64,000 nucleotides of DNA from Utricularia gibba (taxonomy: Eukaryota; Plantae; Magnoliophyta), in contig CM007990.1 in NCBI GenBank assembly GCA_002189035.1, positions 5,146,001-5,210,000 of the forward strand. The letters run 5' to 3'. This document shows positions 27,422-41,300 of this stretch, piece after piece. How positions within the stretch are numbered: the first letter of the stretch is position 1; each line of letters starts with the position of its first letter. The notes beneath the pieces are model-generated. The model was not told the DNA's origin and searched no databases. It saw only the letters and a program-made list of their open reading frames with translations. The position numbers and the translations under genes are program-made.

Positions 27422-28071
27422 TGCGTGCCCTTCTTCGTATGGAAGACGATCGATGTGAGAAGCTTATTCACGTCACCTTTATATAATACCTCCACGATAT
27501 AACCTGATTTATTCGAATGTAATATCTGGATAGATCATTCAAACAAATCATATTTATGAAAGATTTGGATAAATTTAATAGTTTGTTTGATTTTTTTTGC
27601 AATAATTAAATGAATTTTAATTAATAAAATCTACTTTAAATATGATTAGTTTGAGGAATTAAGAAAATTAGCAAACCGATTCCATATATATTTGAATTAG
27701 CCGGTGCATTGGATTTCCCCGCGAGCATCGGAGTCGGCGTGGAAGGAGTGTAACCACTTCTCGCCGTTTTTGAACTTGCTTCGAGTCGACTCTTCGTAGC
27801 CGCGATCCGGTGGAGTTGCCAGAGGATTCACTATTGTTTTTCGCGGCGGGAGCTTTCACTCTCAACAATCGACAGAAACAGGTATAAATCACACTAACAC
27901 ATGGATTATGAACGGAGAAATAAGATGTGTAGATTGAATGAGTGGCTGAAGTTGAATACAATCGTTTGTATGTATAAGTGAAGCGGTGTTGGCATAACTG
28001 TTTGTGAAAATGCCTGAGAAAGAATGGATATGGATTATATGCAGGTTGTGTGAGACTATGGGAGTTGTACT

Positions 28072-31000
28072 CTATACCAGTGTAACCGATCTTCTGACAA
28101 GGGAAATTCTGGAAGCATCGCCTCCGATTTCTTCGAAAAGTAGCAGCAGGTTCCCGGTAGGCTTCAGCCATGACCGTGGGACATGGTACCTGATTGATAC
28201 ACAGGATCCAAAGGTTAAGAGATGGACAGATGATGGCCAACACAGCTCAGCTCAGTTCACTGAGGTTTGGGTTTCAGCTCTAGTAGGTGAATCGATAAAA
28301 TGTACTTACCATCTTTGAGTAGGGTTTCCACATCCGGATAGGCACTTTTCCGACCTGAATGGGCCAGCGTAGCTGCAAGCATTGCATTGGCCTGCGGCTG
28401 GTGTGGTCCAGTACCGCCCAATGCTCTGGCCATTGATCCATGCTTGGCCTTTGCCCATGCTGCCTAAGTCCAAGGCTAATGGCTCGTTTCCTTGTGGTGC
28501 GTTGAAGTATGCCTGCAAGAGAGAGTATCCACATATTGTGCAACTGGTATGTGGAGGAAGCAACAGATGCATCAGAACATCTGCTGATGAGGTTCATTTT
28601 TCAGTACCTTGTACCAAGTGAGAGGTTGGTGGTTAGCCAGGAGGGATGTATTTGCCGAATCGACCAAAGAAACTCCGGTCAGGTGAGCTAAGTCATTGAT
28701 TTCTCCTTTCAATCCAACCTGAAAATGGAAGGGAAAAAAAGGGTAACAAGGGTACTTCACGAGTTTGCATGCCATCACACACCTTGTATGACCACTTTTG
28801 CCGAGACAAATCTCTCGGTCCACTGTTGAGGCCATGTAAGATAACTGGGCCAAGAACTCCAGTGCTCTGTGTTTCGAAACGAGCGCCATCATTCTTGAAT
28901 TGAAGCAGCAGAGACGAATGATTAGAGCTTGTCGTGTTGGTCTTTGAGAAGGTTAACTTTTGAACAAACTTACAGGCAAGCCAACAGCTACACTGAGCAG
29001 AGCGATGTTATTTATACCAGTATGAAGATTTACACCTCCATTGAAAGTGAATCTTCTGTTTCGGTGAGAGCCAAAAGCTGATCCTGCAACATCATGATTC
29101 CACAGGTTGCAGAAATCAGAACCTTTTGGTCATAAAATCCAATTGAAGAATGTGATTGCAGCAAAACGAAGGAAGAACACCAAACATGGAGTGCAGCAAC
29201 TTCATGCACTGATCAGATAAAGTAAACGAGGAGAACCTGAAAATTGTCCATTTATGAATACATGCAAGACATGGCCAGCTGATTCAACAGTGAGGGCAGG
29301 CCGTTGTCCGCCTTGAAGAAAGGATTCTGATTCAGCTAACTCAACGCTTCGACAAATTCATTCACAGAGCATATCAGAAAGATCGCAGTGGACTGGAAAC
29401 AGAGACGTGGTTTTGCTGACACTGCATACCTGGTCATGTACCACAAGTAATCACTAGTATCTCTTGTGACATTAAGTTGGTCCACTAGGCCAAAGACAGT
29501 GAATTTCGCATCAGCATCATTCTCAGATATGTCCTCATTGAAGGTTTCCCATGAAAGCATTTGAACATTTGCTGGAGTCATTTGCACCCAAGAAGTTCTA
29601 CCTTGAACCTAGGTATGGAAAAAGCAGCATTCTTCTTCAGTACAGAGCATATGCGTGAGCTTATAGATTGTGCAAGACTCACGTTGGCAGTGTTGAAAAT
29701 GGCGTTTCTGCAATCGGGAAGTATGCTGGTTGACCATGGAGGCAGGTGATAGTACATGTTGTTGAACTTGACTGTTACAGCCATGTCCGTGTGGATATTC
29801 GTTAAGAAAGCTGCACAATGTCCTGATGCTGAATGGAAGACATGAGCCTGTATAGGAAGCAAGCATAAAGACTTCGCAGTTTAAAAGAGGAAGGGATGAG
29901 AGACTCAGTTATATCACCATACTTGTTCATAGTTTCCTAGAGCTATGATAGTCGGATCAGCTGACACCAGTGCAGGCTCGCAAAGCTTGATAGCCTTGTG
30001 AAGCTCCCTCAGATGGTCATACTTGGGCTGTCTGAGTAACCCTATGAATAAAACAGTTGAGGTAATCACTTGATATGGCACTAAGCATCGACAACCAGGT
30101 ATCTCACAGGCTCACCATATTCATCTATAGGAGCATCATAGTCATAGCTGGTAGTGATAAAAGGACCTCCCGCAGTTCTTCCAAAATTTGTTCCTCCATG
30201 ATACTGAATACAGGCAGGAGGGAAAAAGTTGCTTTTTTCAGCCAACCCATCTTCAGTTCAATTAACAGATGTAAAGGAAATAACAGGCAGAACAGGGAAG
30301 CTGAGGGGAGGACATATACCATATAGTAGTTGACAAAGGATCCTCCTTTCTGGATGAACCTGGTAACTGCAAATGCCAAATCTTCTACTGGGCGATGGCG
30401 AATCGGGTCCCCATAAGTTTCAAACCTTCGGAGGTAAAAGAAAACACTCATGAATCACAAAGCAGAATCCTCCACAAAAAGGGATGTAGATGAGCAGGGA
30501 AGTGAGAATACCAGCCAGACCAAGCCTCAGTCCACATGGTTGGCTTGTATGGTTTATTAGGGGTGAAATAATCACAATAAAAACCATTACATGTGTTTAT
30601 CTGTCAAACAAGATCCTTCAGGCATCAAGACAGGGATTTCCATTACTGAAATTCGTTAAGGATTCAGATTATTACCACAGGATCTGGGGCATCGTTCTCC
30701 TTGCACATCAGCCATGGCACCCCGTGTTCAAGGATTGAGCCATTTTTGCAGCCCAAGACATGTAAGCATAGCCAGCAGCTCCAAAATTATTGGTAACAAG
30801 CCCATACTCATTTTCAATCTACAGTCCATCAGGGATGGTACTTAAGACAAAGAATTCCCTCACAGTTTTTTTAGACAGAAATCCCAATTTGACAGAGATC
30901 AGAAGGCAGATACAAACAAGACAAACTTGCCTGAGAGAGAATGATAGGGCCACCTTGAGAGTGAAATAACCCTTCGTTCTTCAGCATTTGGACAATTTTT

Positions 31001-31824
31001 TGTGTAAAGCTTTGCATAGCCATCTTCAGAGCAGAAAAAGGGGTGATTTGAGAACCAAAAAAGAGTACAGCAGTTGTTTATTCCTGCAGCAATTGGCCTT
31101 CATACCTTGAAAGGTTCATTGTTAGTTCTGAAGCTAATCCCTGGAACATACTTCAGCCACACAGGAAATCCTCTGATATCAAAGCCAAAAGCAAAGGATA
31201 TGTAAGGAAAGCATTAGCAGCAAATCAAACCTGCTTTAAAGGAAAACTACCCATATTTCCATTCTGCACAGACATAAGGTCCTATGCGAAGAGTTACATA
31301 AAGTCCAGCTTGATGAATCAGTTTTATGAAGCCAACCAAGTTTGCTCTTCCCTCGAAGTTATACTGGAAACCCAAAACAAGTGTCAATTTTGAATCTCCA
31401 AGCGAAGGACTTGCAGAAAATCAGCATATGGTGCAGAAACAGTTTAGAAGTGTCTTTTTTTTTTTTACAGTTCCAGGTGCAGGCTCGTGAAGGTTCCAGA
31501 AAACATAGGTGTCTATAGCATCCAGCCCTCCATCTTTAGCTTTCTGAATTAGCCCCTCCCACATCTGCATTGCAATATATTTTCAGTTTCGCCCTGATGG
31601 TGAAAAACCAAGATCCTTGAAATGCAGCAAGCGTTTATGTCTCCAAAATCTTATACCTCAGGGGTACTTCTGGGATAATGAATGGAGCCAGAAAGAAGAA
31701 TTCTCCTCTGCCCATTGATGATAATAGCTTTTCGGTCATATGAAACACTGCACCGGGAGGGACGAAGAACTGAAACTAAGAGCAGAAAGAGAAGACAAAA
31801 CTTCCTAACAGAAGCAACCCCCAT
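28072..31824 (-). CDS. BGAL: Beta-galactosidase (GH35), secreted, without the C-terminal lectin domain (BGAL5-like)
   Basis: Signal peptide, then [41 protein letters not shown] (acid/base Glu), WTEAW (nucleophile), [26 protein letters not shown]; ends [10 protein letters not shown]...[10 protein letters not shown]. One GC-AG intron, donor at 30930. Confidence 0.95.
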
Positions 31825-34175
31825 CTTCCCTCTTCAGCAGAAACACTGAAAGTTGCAATTTTTGGGAGTGATAACCGCTGAAAACAGATCCAACTTCCAA
31901 GTTTCATTCGAAGAGGGGAACTCCCAGTTTGCAGGGGAGAAAGTGTGAGAAGAAGACTTAAGATTCACGGATAAATATAACATTGCAATCCCTGTCCCAT
32001 CCTCCTGTACAGATACTTGCAAGCCAGGACCATATCCTTGTTGTTCTTTTCTTTACTGTTGTTTTCCCAACGGTTATATGTAACTGCTACGTCTTTTGAA
32101 AACTCTGCAATATTTTCTTAATATCTCTCAGCGGCGCATATTAGACCACCTTGGTACGGACATGAATTATTCCATTTCCATTTCCTCTCCGGAGATGACT
32201 GGACGGGCTGGAGTTAGCTAAACAAACAGAATCACGTTGCGGGCGGTGCTCATTAAAGGTAAAAATACTTTTTCCGATGCTGTATATGACACCAACTAGA
32301 CCTAATCCCCTTATTCTTGCTGTCGGTTATTACATGATTTTTGTTAAGACAGGCTTTGTTTTCTTATGCCACGGAATCCAATGTATCTGCGCTGGCAAGA
32401 TAAGCACATGAGTAAAGCAGAAAAAGACCTCGTCAATTATCCTCTTTGATTTTCAAGACCCGTCTCTTGATCCATCTCCCATTGTCTGGATCAGATGAGT
32501 GTGCCTTGTAGCCACTCACACGCTTCCTCCTCCCCAACTGGCTCCACACAGAGCCAAGAGACGGCAAGGATGAAATCAAATCACACACCATTTCACACTA
32601 TTTTCCACCTTATCAGCACCACCCAAATAGTTGGTTTTACAACACACAGCAACTGGGAAACCCATATCGCCGGATCATGGCGAGTGGACACCTAACCAAA
32701 AGGCATGATAGGGAATGATGCGTGTCTTATTAGCAGTGGTTGAGAATAGGCGGACCCGCCGGAGGACGACGTCGCACCTTAAGGCGGCTGTCACACCCCC
32801 CTTGTAACGACGTCGCACCTTCTGGGTGCTTGAAAACTACCCATATGGAAATATTTCCATATTGCCCCATTATATATACGTTAAAAATATTTCATATTTT
32901 GTGAAGTTAGATATGAATTAATAGATATATTTATAAATAATTTTTAAAAAAATGAAAAAAATAGAATAATTTTAACAAATGTGATGGAAAAAATTATATG
33001 AATATTAATAAATCATGTGTATATTTAAAAATAAAATTTATCTCACAAACATAAACATCGAAAATGATGGCTGACGCGTGGCGACATCGAGTACCTTGAA
33101 TAGCCCTCCCACCCAATTTTACTATTTCGAGTTCCACTTTTTTTTCTACTAATCTTATTCCTTTCTTTATTTAGAGTGTGTACGGTAACTTTTTTGGGTA
33201 ATTTTAATAAATTCTGTTTAATAACCTTTTAAAAAATAATATTTCATTTTAATTGAAGCTCTTGTTGACACCCATTGCGCAGGCGATCGAGTACGGAGTT
33301 CCCGGGGAGGGAAAGCGTCACTTCACTTACCGGGTGTTTTGAAGTATGGGTGCTGATCAAATTTGGGGAATGGTTTGCGAGTGTTTAGGGCGCGATTCAA
33401 TGGGGGCATGTGGTGGGTGCGAGCGCATTCAACTGCGGGGTGCGTCGGCGGCAGTAATTGCAATGGATTCGCCGCACTTTTGTTGGTAGATTGGTATTGA
33501 CCGGATGGTGTTGGGGACTCTTTTGGATGTAGCTGTCTGTGTGTAGGTATTATTAGGGTTTGATTGCTCGCATTATTGCTGTAGATTCACCCCCGTAGCT
33601 TAGGGGTTTGACCATCCAAAAGAATGGTGTCCGGTGAAGGAAATGAGATGGGAAGAAGAGAGGGCTCCCCGCCCGGCATGTCCTACCGCCTTCGTTAGCG
33701 GAGAGCGCAAGGGGTGACAGTTGACACACACAGGAAGAGATCACATCTGGGAAGAGGAGCACTAATTCGATGACGCTGAGACGAATGCAGTAAAGGAAGG
33801 GGGACCTTCACATCTCCCATGGTTCCTGAAGTCGGGGAGGGGGCGGGATGGGCCTAATTCGGGCCTTAGGGACATCAATAATGGGCCTAATGCAGGCCCA
33901 CAATCAGATGGTGCTTTGAAAGGCTTATCTTTTTAGGGACAAATTATGGCAATGCCCTGATTCCTATAATTACGTTCTGTCTTATTATATTTACAAATTG
34001 ATTTTAATAAAAAGAAATTAAATTTATGTAGTTTCCTAGAAATAAAAACATTTTTAAATTAATATTTTTTTATTATAAATTCATTCATATTCGAAAATAA
34101 AATTATTTGTAAAACGTTTTTTTAAAAGATAGAAATTGAGCACACATATGAGACGTATCAGGTGCGTTGGGACCA

Positions 34176-34394
34176 AATTGTGTAGTCCCCGGACACGTTG
34201 CTTGGATCTGTGGCTGTGAATTGGGGGGAACATGCAAACAACTTAATTGTCCCAACGGACACGCCCACGACACGCTGCCGGGGTCTCTGGCTGTGAATGG
34301 GCGCACCATGCAAACATAAAAAAACATAATTAATTGTCGCCCGGACACGCACGACGCGTTTCCTGGGTGGCTGGTTGTGAATTGGCGCATGCAT
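34176..34394. repeat. Degenerate tandem repeat, 3 units of about 65-87 bp
   Basis: Units start at 34176, 34245 and 34332; each has aattgt...cggacacg...tgg(c/t)tgtgaat(t/g)gg...catgca. Confidence 0.75.
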
Positions 34395-34764
34395 TCAGCA
34401 CCCAGGGCCTTGCGAGTGAAAAGTTTCTTGGATTCACCCACACCCAAATTCCTTCGTTTTTTCTTTTTTTTTTTTACCTGGAGGTGTACACTGTATAGCT
34501 GTTGCTCTTTGTTTTCCTCACTCCAGTTTGTGGTCTAGGTAATCAGTGATCAATCTTGATTCAGGGTTCTTTTCAATTACCGAAGAAACGTCTTTCGGGT
34601 TCATGTTGAAGCTAATTTGTGGGACAAGTCACTTTGATACTGTAATTCTGCCCCTCTTTTATTTCAATTTGTGTTCCCACAGTTCATGTTTTATTCATAT
34701 CCATTTTTTTTTCTGGTTGAGAAGTTTGGTTCAGGACTTTGAAGAGTAAGGGAGAGGCGAAAAA

Positions 34765-36969
34765 ATGGATATTGAGAATTGCTATAGGATGAAAGATGGG
34801 CTGTGTGTATTATCCCACCTGTTTTGTGGTATAATTGTCATATGTGTTTTCCACAGGTTTTCCACCAGTCTTTTTAGCATTCGTACTGTTCCAAAAATGC
34901 CTAGTCTTTTCCCTGGACTGGGGGAATTTGAAAAGGAGAAAACTTCGAAAAAAAAGATTCGTGTTTTTATGGATGGTTGTTTTGATTTGATGCACTATGG
35001 GCATGCGAATGCTCTTAGACAAGCTAAAGCACTGGGGGATGAATTGGTGGTCGGAGTTATTAGTGATGAAGAGATCACAATGTATAAAGGCCCTCCTGTG
35101 TTGCCCATCAAGGAGAGGTATAAGTACTATGATGTGCTTATTTGAATCCTATGATTCGATATCAGAGAATTGTGTTCGCTTTTTTCCAGGCTGGCTCTCG
35201 TTGATGGGCTGCAGTGGGTGGATGAAGTGATCCCCAATATTCCATATGCGCTTAATGAGGATTTCATGAATATTCTTTTTAAAGAATACAGGATTGACTA
35301 CATTGTACATGGAGATGATCCCTGCATTCTTTCTGATGGAACTGATGCTTATGCTCCAGCAATGAAAGCTGGGAAGTATAAGCAGATCAAGCGAACTGAA
35401 GGCATCTCCAGCACTGATATTGTAGGTTGTACATTGTTGCTTCCATCCTAGGTGCTAGCTTTCTGGCGTTGCAAAGGATAATTTTATTCAGCGTGTGCAC
35501 AAAGCCTATTATTTATGCGACTGCTCATCGTTCATATTGCAGGAAGGATACTTTCCAGAAAAGCTCCTCTGTCATCTTCACGATCCATTGAATCCGATAA
35601 CTGTTTGAACACCAAAACCGACAACTCTGTTGTCAGTGGTGTCCAAATGTCACATTTTTTACCAACTTCAAGAAGAATCGTGCAGTTCTCTAGGGGCAAG
35701 GTATTCCCTGCCATTAACATTAAACCGTAGCTTGTTCCCTTTTATTAGTTCATTGACAGACTGAAGTTATGATTCTCTTCATTAGGCACCTGGACCAAGC
35801 TCTCGTGTTGTGTATATTGATGGTGCCTTTGATCTTTTTCATGCGGGGCACATGGAGGTGTGTTAGCTTTTGTGAGCTTCATGCCCATTTGAAGCATTAA
35901 TTCACAATTTTTGGTTCATACCGATGACTAAAAATGCCACAAAATGAAATTTTAAGACAAACCTTCAGTTTTTTACTCTATTTTTATTTGTTGGTGTGTT
36001 CTGCTATAGCCTTTTATTCTCATTTGCCCATGGATTTTGTTCAATTTTTAAGGTGAAAAATAATGTACGTAATCAGGATATTAAAAGATCGGTTTCATAT
36101 TTTTGTCAGCGTAGAATCCTCTAATTTATGTCTTTCTGGTGCCCAGATTCTGAAGAAAGCAAAGCAGCTGGGAGATTTTCTCCTGGTTGGGCTGTACTCG
36201 GACCAGACTATTAGGTATTGCCTTTGTCCCGTTTCTGGCTATTGCATCCGTCACGTGACACCATCACTGATGGCTTCCTGGTTTCCCAGTGAGCTCCGTG
36301 GGAATAATTTCCCACTGATGAATCTCCTTGAACGTTCCCTTAGTGTTCTGGCTTGTCGTTATGTCGATGATGTCATAATAGGTGCACCTTTTGGAGTCAC
36401 CAAGGATTTGGTGAGTTTTATTTTTGTGCACTTGAAAGTCATGTGGAGCAGGTCCCATATTTTGAAAAAAAGAACAGAACCGCTTATTTCTCTTGTATGC
36501 GCCTTATTCAAAAAGCTCACTGTGTTTTCATAATGCATGAAATACAAAAAAGATCACTACGTTCAACGTGTCATTGGTGGTACGAGGTACAATAGCCGAG
36601 AACAACTCTTTGTGGGATGTATGTGAGCGTCTCTCTTTTCCTCTCCTTCCTAAAAAACAAAACTTTGGTCCCTAAATGGATAAATTCACTGCTCAGGGTT
36701 CTTCAGATCCCTACTCCGTGCCTAAGGCAATGGGCATTTTTCGATTACTCGAAAGCCCAGAAGTCATCACCACCAGCTCCATAGCCCAGAGAATACTTGC
36801 CAACCATGATATTTATCTAGTAATTTTCTTTTATCTCAAGCTACCTTCTTCTGTGTCTCCACTAGATTTGGCTACTGATCCTATATCATCTCAACAGGAA
36901 CGCAACGCGAGAAAACAAGTGAGTGAGGAGAAGTATTATGTTGAGAAAAAACATGTGGCAGAACACTGA
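34765..36969 (+). CDS. PECT: Ethanolamine-phosphate cytidylyltransferase (PECT/ECT)
   Basis: Hydrophobic N-terminus, two cytidylyltransferase domains (RVFMDGCFDLMHYGHANALRQAKALGD and VYIDGAFDLFHAGH), KRTEGISSTDIVGRI; ends KYYVEKKHVAEH*. Confidence 0.93.
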
Positions 36970-38337
36970 GGTAAAAAGTAGTCACTGCATCATGAAGATA
37001 TGCACACCCCACATTTAGTTTTGCAGCAATAATCAAACGTTTTCCTGTTCCTGGAAGATGAGGAATGATAATTTAATGTATAGAAATAGGAACTTTTTGC
37101 ATCTCTAAATTTATAAATATACCTCTAGAGAAAGCTTATTATCTGCCACAAACACAAGAAAACGTGAAGCTTCACTTTCAGTGTCACGAGAAGGATGCCT
37201 CTTTTCTTCTGATTCTTTTGGTCCCTCTCCTTTTCTTCAGGCCCAGAAAAAACTACTGCACAAAGTTACACTCTGGATCTCATATTCACGTCTGTTTCTA
37301 GTGTTACAAGTTCTAGTATGGCCACCATTCAATTGGAAATTCTGGTATGGCTACTAGTCTTTCTGGATCTCATATTTACTGGTGAAGAAGTTTTTGTATC
37401 TTTGTTAGAACTTAATCTCAAAATGAAGAAGAAACAAAAATCTGATGAAGAGGAAGCAAGAATCAAGCTTAAATTCAGAGTCTTAGCATGGTTGATTTTG
37501 ACCTATCGCATAATAGTTCATTTATTTGGTTGTATTTGTACTTGCATACATAATGTAGTAGTTCACTCTGAACAAATTACCGAAGACTAAACTCTAGACC
37601 TTCACACTTTGCTCTGTACTCACTGTTATTCTCGTGTTGGGAACTGCGGATTCATCCTGACGAATGAGAACATGATGTTTTCAGTAGGCATTTAGGGTTG
37701 TTACACCTCCTGATCCCTCATATTTTGATGTTGAACACTTAAAATCCGATTTGTCTGCGTTTCCTTCAACTGGGTCCTTTTGAAAGCTACTAAAAGATCA
37801 GAATTTGTGTACTTGATGAAGCATCCAGAGGCAGCAGGATACCCTCATCTTTTCTCCTGAGTGACATGCTTCTGTTTGGGAGTTCTTTACTCCAAGTGAT
37901 CAACACAAGGTACAGTGGAGAGAACCTCTCCAGTCTCTCTTTTCTGTGGAAGTGCTCTTCATCTTCGTGATGTCTGTGAATTAGAATAACTGGCATGCGC
38001 TATACTACTACAACGTATTATAAAGATTCGAACATCATGCCTCCAAAGATACGCATTTTGTAAGCTATCCATGTGATGGAACGCAATTAAAAGCTCAAAA
38101 GGCAACGAAATAGCGTCGTGCCTGGTGATGGAACTCCACATTGTTGATTCCTGTGATGCTATTTGGGAAGATGAAGAACTGCACTTGGCAGGGAGGTGGG
38201 GCTTGGATGTTGGAACAAATAATATCTCCCACAAAAAAACGGGTTTTCTTGTTACTGCACAAAAAGGCTAACAGTAGCATTTAGCGCATCATCTAAAGAT
38301 GATCAGAGTTACAGGGATCAAAGGATATCTGCTGATA

Positions 38338-41300
38338 TCAGAGATAGAGAGAGTTTGCAAACATGATCCCCCGGCGAAGGCTCTCGCTTGCTGATGCAAA
38401 CTTGTTTTCCAAATCAGTTTCTCCCACTGCATGAGCAGCTCCTCTCAACTGCGACGTCGCAAGGTTTGTGTTAAAAAAATTGTTAGCACGAAATGCGACA
38501 AAATGGGGGGAGGTTAATCACCTGGTTCAGAAACTCGTCAAGTCTTCTGGTTAGTCTTATGATGCTGCCTTCAAAGATATCGGTCATTCGGATGACCTCC
38601 GCAAAGCTTGCTCCCTGCAAACAAAATCAAGCGGATTGATCAGACTTGAAAAATGGCCGAGAGTTAAGCTGAGCATTGCCCTTTCGATCCAAACAGACTT
38701 CAAGATCCGATGCATGCCCATCACCAGAAGGCTATCCCCAGCAGCTTCAAGTGCCAGAGCTTGCCAGTGATGAACACATTTTTATACCGACCTTTGACCA
38801 ACAGTAGATCACATCCATCAAGTATGGTCTGATTGACGCCTCGACATACTCATCTACGTTTATTTCGAGTTTACATTCCCGTTGTACCTGCAACAGAATG
38901 GCATTACCCAGAGATACTATCCATGACATTGAAAATGAACTTACACCAGATCTTTAGGGGTAGAAGTGATGAAGAAATGGTTGTTCCGGACAAAAGCAAA
39001 AAAAAAAAAAAATACCTCTGCTATTCTCCGAGCACTATCTTGGAGTTGCTGCAGAGGTTTAGAGAGTTCAGCTCTCAAATTTATCTGTTCACTGGATTTG
39101 TCGCAAGGTATGAAACAACTTGCCAGTGCCGCAACTTGATGATGATCGAGATCATTGAATGTTCCTATTCAAACAATAAGTGGGCATGGCCCAAAGCACA
39201 GTGCAGTTTATCACAGATATATGGCCCCAAAGTAATATGCATTATGAAGTGAATCTAGCGAGTCATAGAAATATTTGACCCAACCCACTGTCAACGAGCC
39301 TTCCCCCACCAGGGAATTTGCCTAGACATGGATCACGGGCTCTCTCACCCTTAACCTGCTGCTTTTCTCAGCTTAGCTGTGGGGTTTGCTCAAGAAACTA
39401 AATTAAGAGCAAGAGTAGCCCCTAAACAATGTGACAAATGAAACTGGGAATCATTCAAGTGCCTTACCGTTGAACATCAGTTCAGTGACAAGAAGTTCAT
39501 CTCCTGTGTCTATCAAGCATGCTGCCCTTCCCTTCAACTGCACAACACCATCGCTATCAATATGGCCAAGCCTTTTCAAAACGCGTGAGCGATTCTTCAG
39601 TTCATCTCGAAATTTTTGAAGCTACAGAAACAAAAACATGATTATGCGCCAAAAAGAAAGACGAGCTTTAGACACATGAATAAAAGCATCATGCAGTAGA
39701 AGCTAAAAAGCAGACGAAAATACCTGAGAATCACGCATTCTTGACTTCAGCTGTTGAATTTCATGATTAACTTCTGCCTTCTTTTGGAAACTTTTAATCT
39801 GATTTTCATCTTGGGACTGTAGCACAAATTCATGCAACAAGGAGCCAATATACAGACAGTCAGGAGTACCAAACATGCAAACCCGAACGTAGAAAATCGA
39901 AACTGAATGCCAAAGACGAGAGAAAATAATAATAATCATAGTGATGATGATGATAACCGAACCTTGTGCAGTGGATGAGAAGACAATTTATCTTCAAGTT
40001 CCTTAATTTGATTAGCCAAGTCTACAAGTTCTGGGTCATCAATTCCCATATCCTAAAAAAATGAAAGAAAATCATATCACGCACAACCATCGAGTAACAG
40101 AATGAGGTATTGTAACATGATGTAGATGGAGACGAAAAGTAAGAGCAATAGTTTTGGGTAGTGCCTTCCACTGGAAAGAATAAGGTTAACAACTTCACCT
40201 TCAGAGGATCAAACTTAGGAAGACCTTCAGGAAAACGCTTCTCAAGTTCCCGTACAGCAAGGAGAATGTTGTTTCTAGTTTCTAAAGGACGCAAGTCTGA
40301 AGGGACCAATATTTTTAGCTTGCTTAGCGTAGAAATCAGAGATAATTGAACAGGAACCTGGGACAAGATGCGGAAAATTGTCTAGTTATGAGCACAAACA
40401 TTTAAAAATTTCTAGCCTAATGATAATTGTATCACTGGCATACATTGGAGAGAAACAATTTACCACATGCATTTCACCACTCTCTCCAGGGCGAGGAGGA
40501 CAAGGTTTCGGTTGTGATCCGTTGGTACTGGACCCAAGAGAGCAATGGAGTAACACATCTACAATATAAGTACTGCCACGTGAAGAAGCAAGAGCAGCTG
40601 GCAAGGAACTAGATGTTGCTGGAGGTATTTTCACCACATTGACTACAACTCCCCAACCCCAATTTGTTCCACCTTCCCTTACTTTAACCTGAAATTTTGA
40701 AAACGTTTACGTAACTTGTGGAATATACAACATGAATTATGTATGCCAAGCTTTAAAGATAGTAAAGAAACCCTCTAGGGACCTATGACACAGAAAACCA
40801 CGTACTTGAGCTTACCAGTCTACCAGGGGTAAGGAATGATAAAACTTTCTCAGGCCTCGTTATTTCTACCATCAGTCTCTTCTCAAGTTGCGCTATCTCA
40901 AGTTGTAGTCCATGATATTCAGCAATCTCTTTCTAAACATGGATATAAAATTTTGTTAATAAAAATCCAAAGTCAGAAAAACCACTTCAGGAGTGTAAAC
41001 AAAGCAAAACCCTTACCTCTCCAGAAGCATTTAAAACAGCAGCTTCTTCCTCAAGTTGTGCTACCTTCTTCCCAACATCAGGTAAAGCCTTTAGTAGAAG
41101 AGGTGGAATCTTTTTAGTCATTTCCAAGAACACTAGCGTAAGAGATTTTAGTTCATATGTATGACCTTTTCATATTGAAATTGATGGAAGGAATTCTTGA
41201 TAACATGCTCTGCATTAATCTGTCCCTCAGAGCGGCTCATTAAATTCAAAATTGTGTAGTAGCTAAGCCTGAAGGTACTGACTAAAGGTGCAGGTCTCCC

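Noticed and set aside
27668-28243. 191-aa minus-strand ORF downstream of BGAL
   Set aside because: Non-ATG start, overlaps the BGAL last exon and 3' UTR in another frame, no domain recognisable.
30925-30935. Non-GT donor in BGAL as a splice defect
   Set aside because: GCAAGT is a normal GC-AG donor and the frame is preserved across the GGPIILSQ|IENEY motif.
32766-32821. 15-bp direct repeat acgacgtcgcacctt separated by 26 bp
   Set aside because: Only two units, so not CRISPR-like; too little evidence for a TSD or footprint.
33240-33900. GC-rich intergenic sequence considered as a LINE ORF1 remnant
   Set aside because: No RT, endonuclease or zinc-knuckle motif and no poly-A tail or TSD visible.
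37270-38280. Short ORFs and a 17-bp direct repeat between the PECT and HEN2 stops
   Set aside because: No homology or consistent splice pattern recognised; compatible with convergent 3' UTRs.
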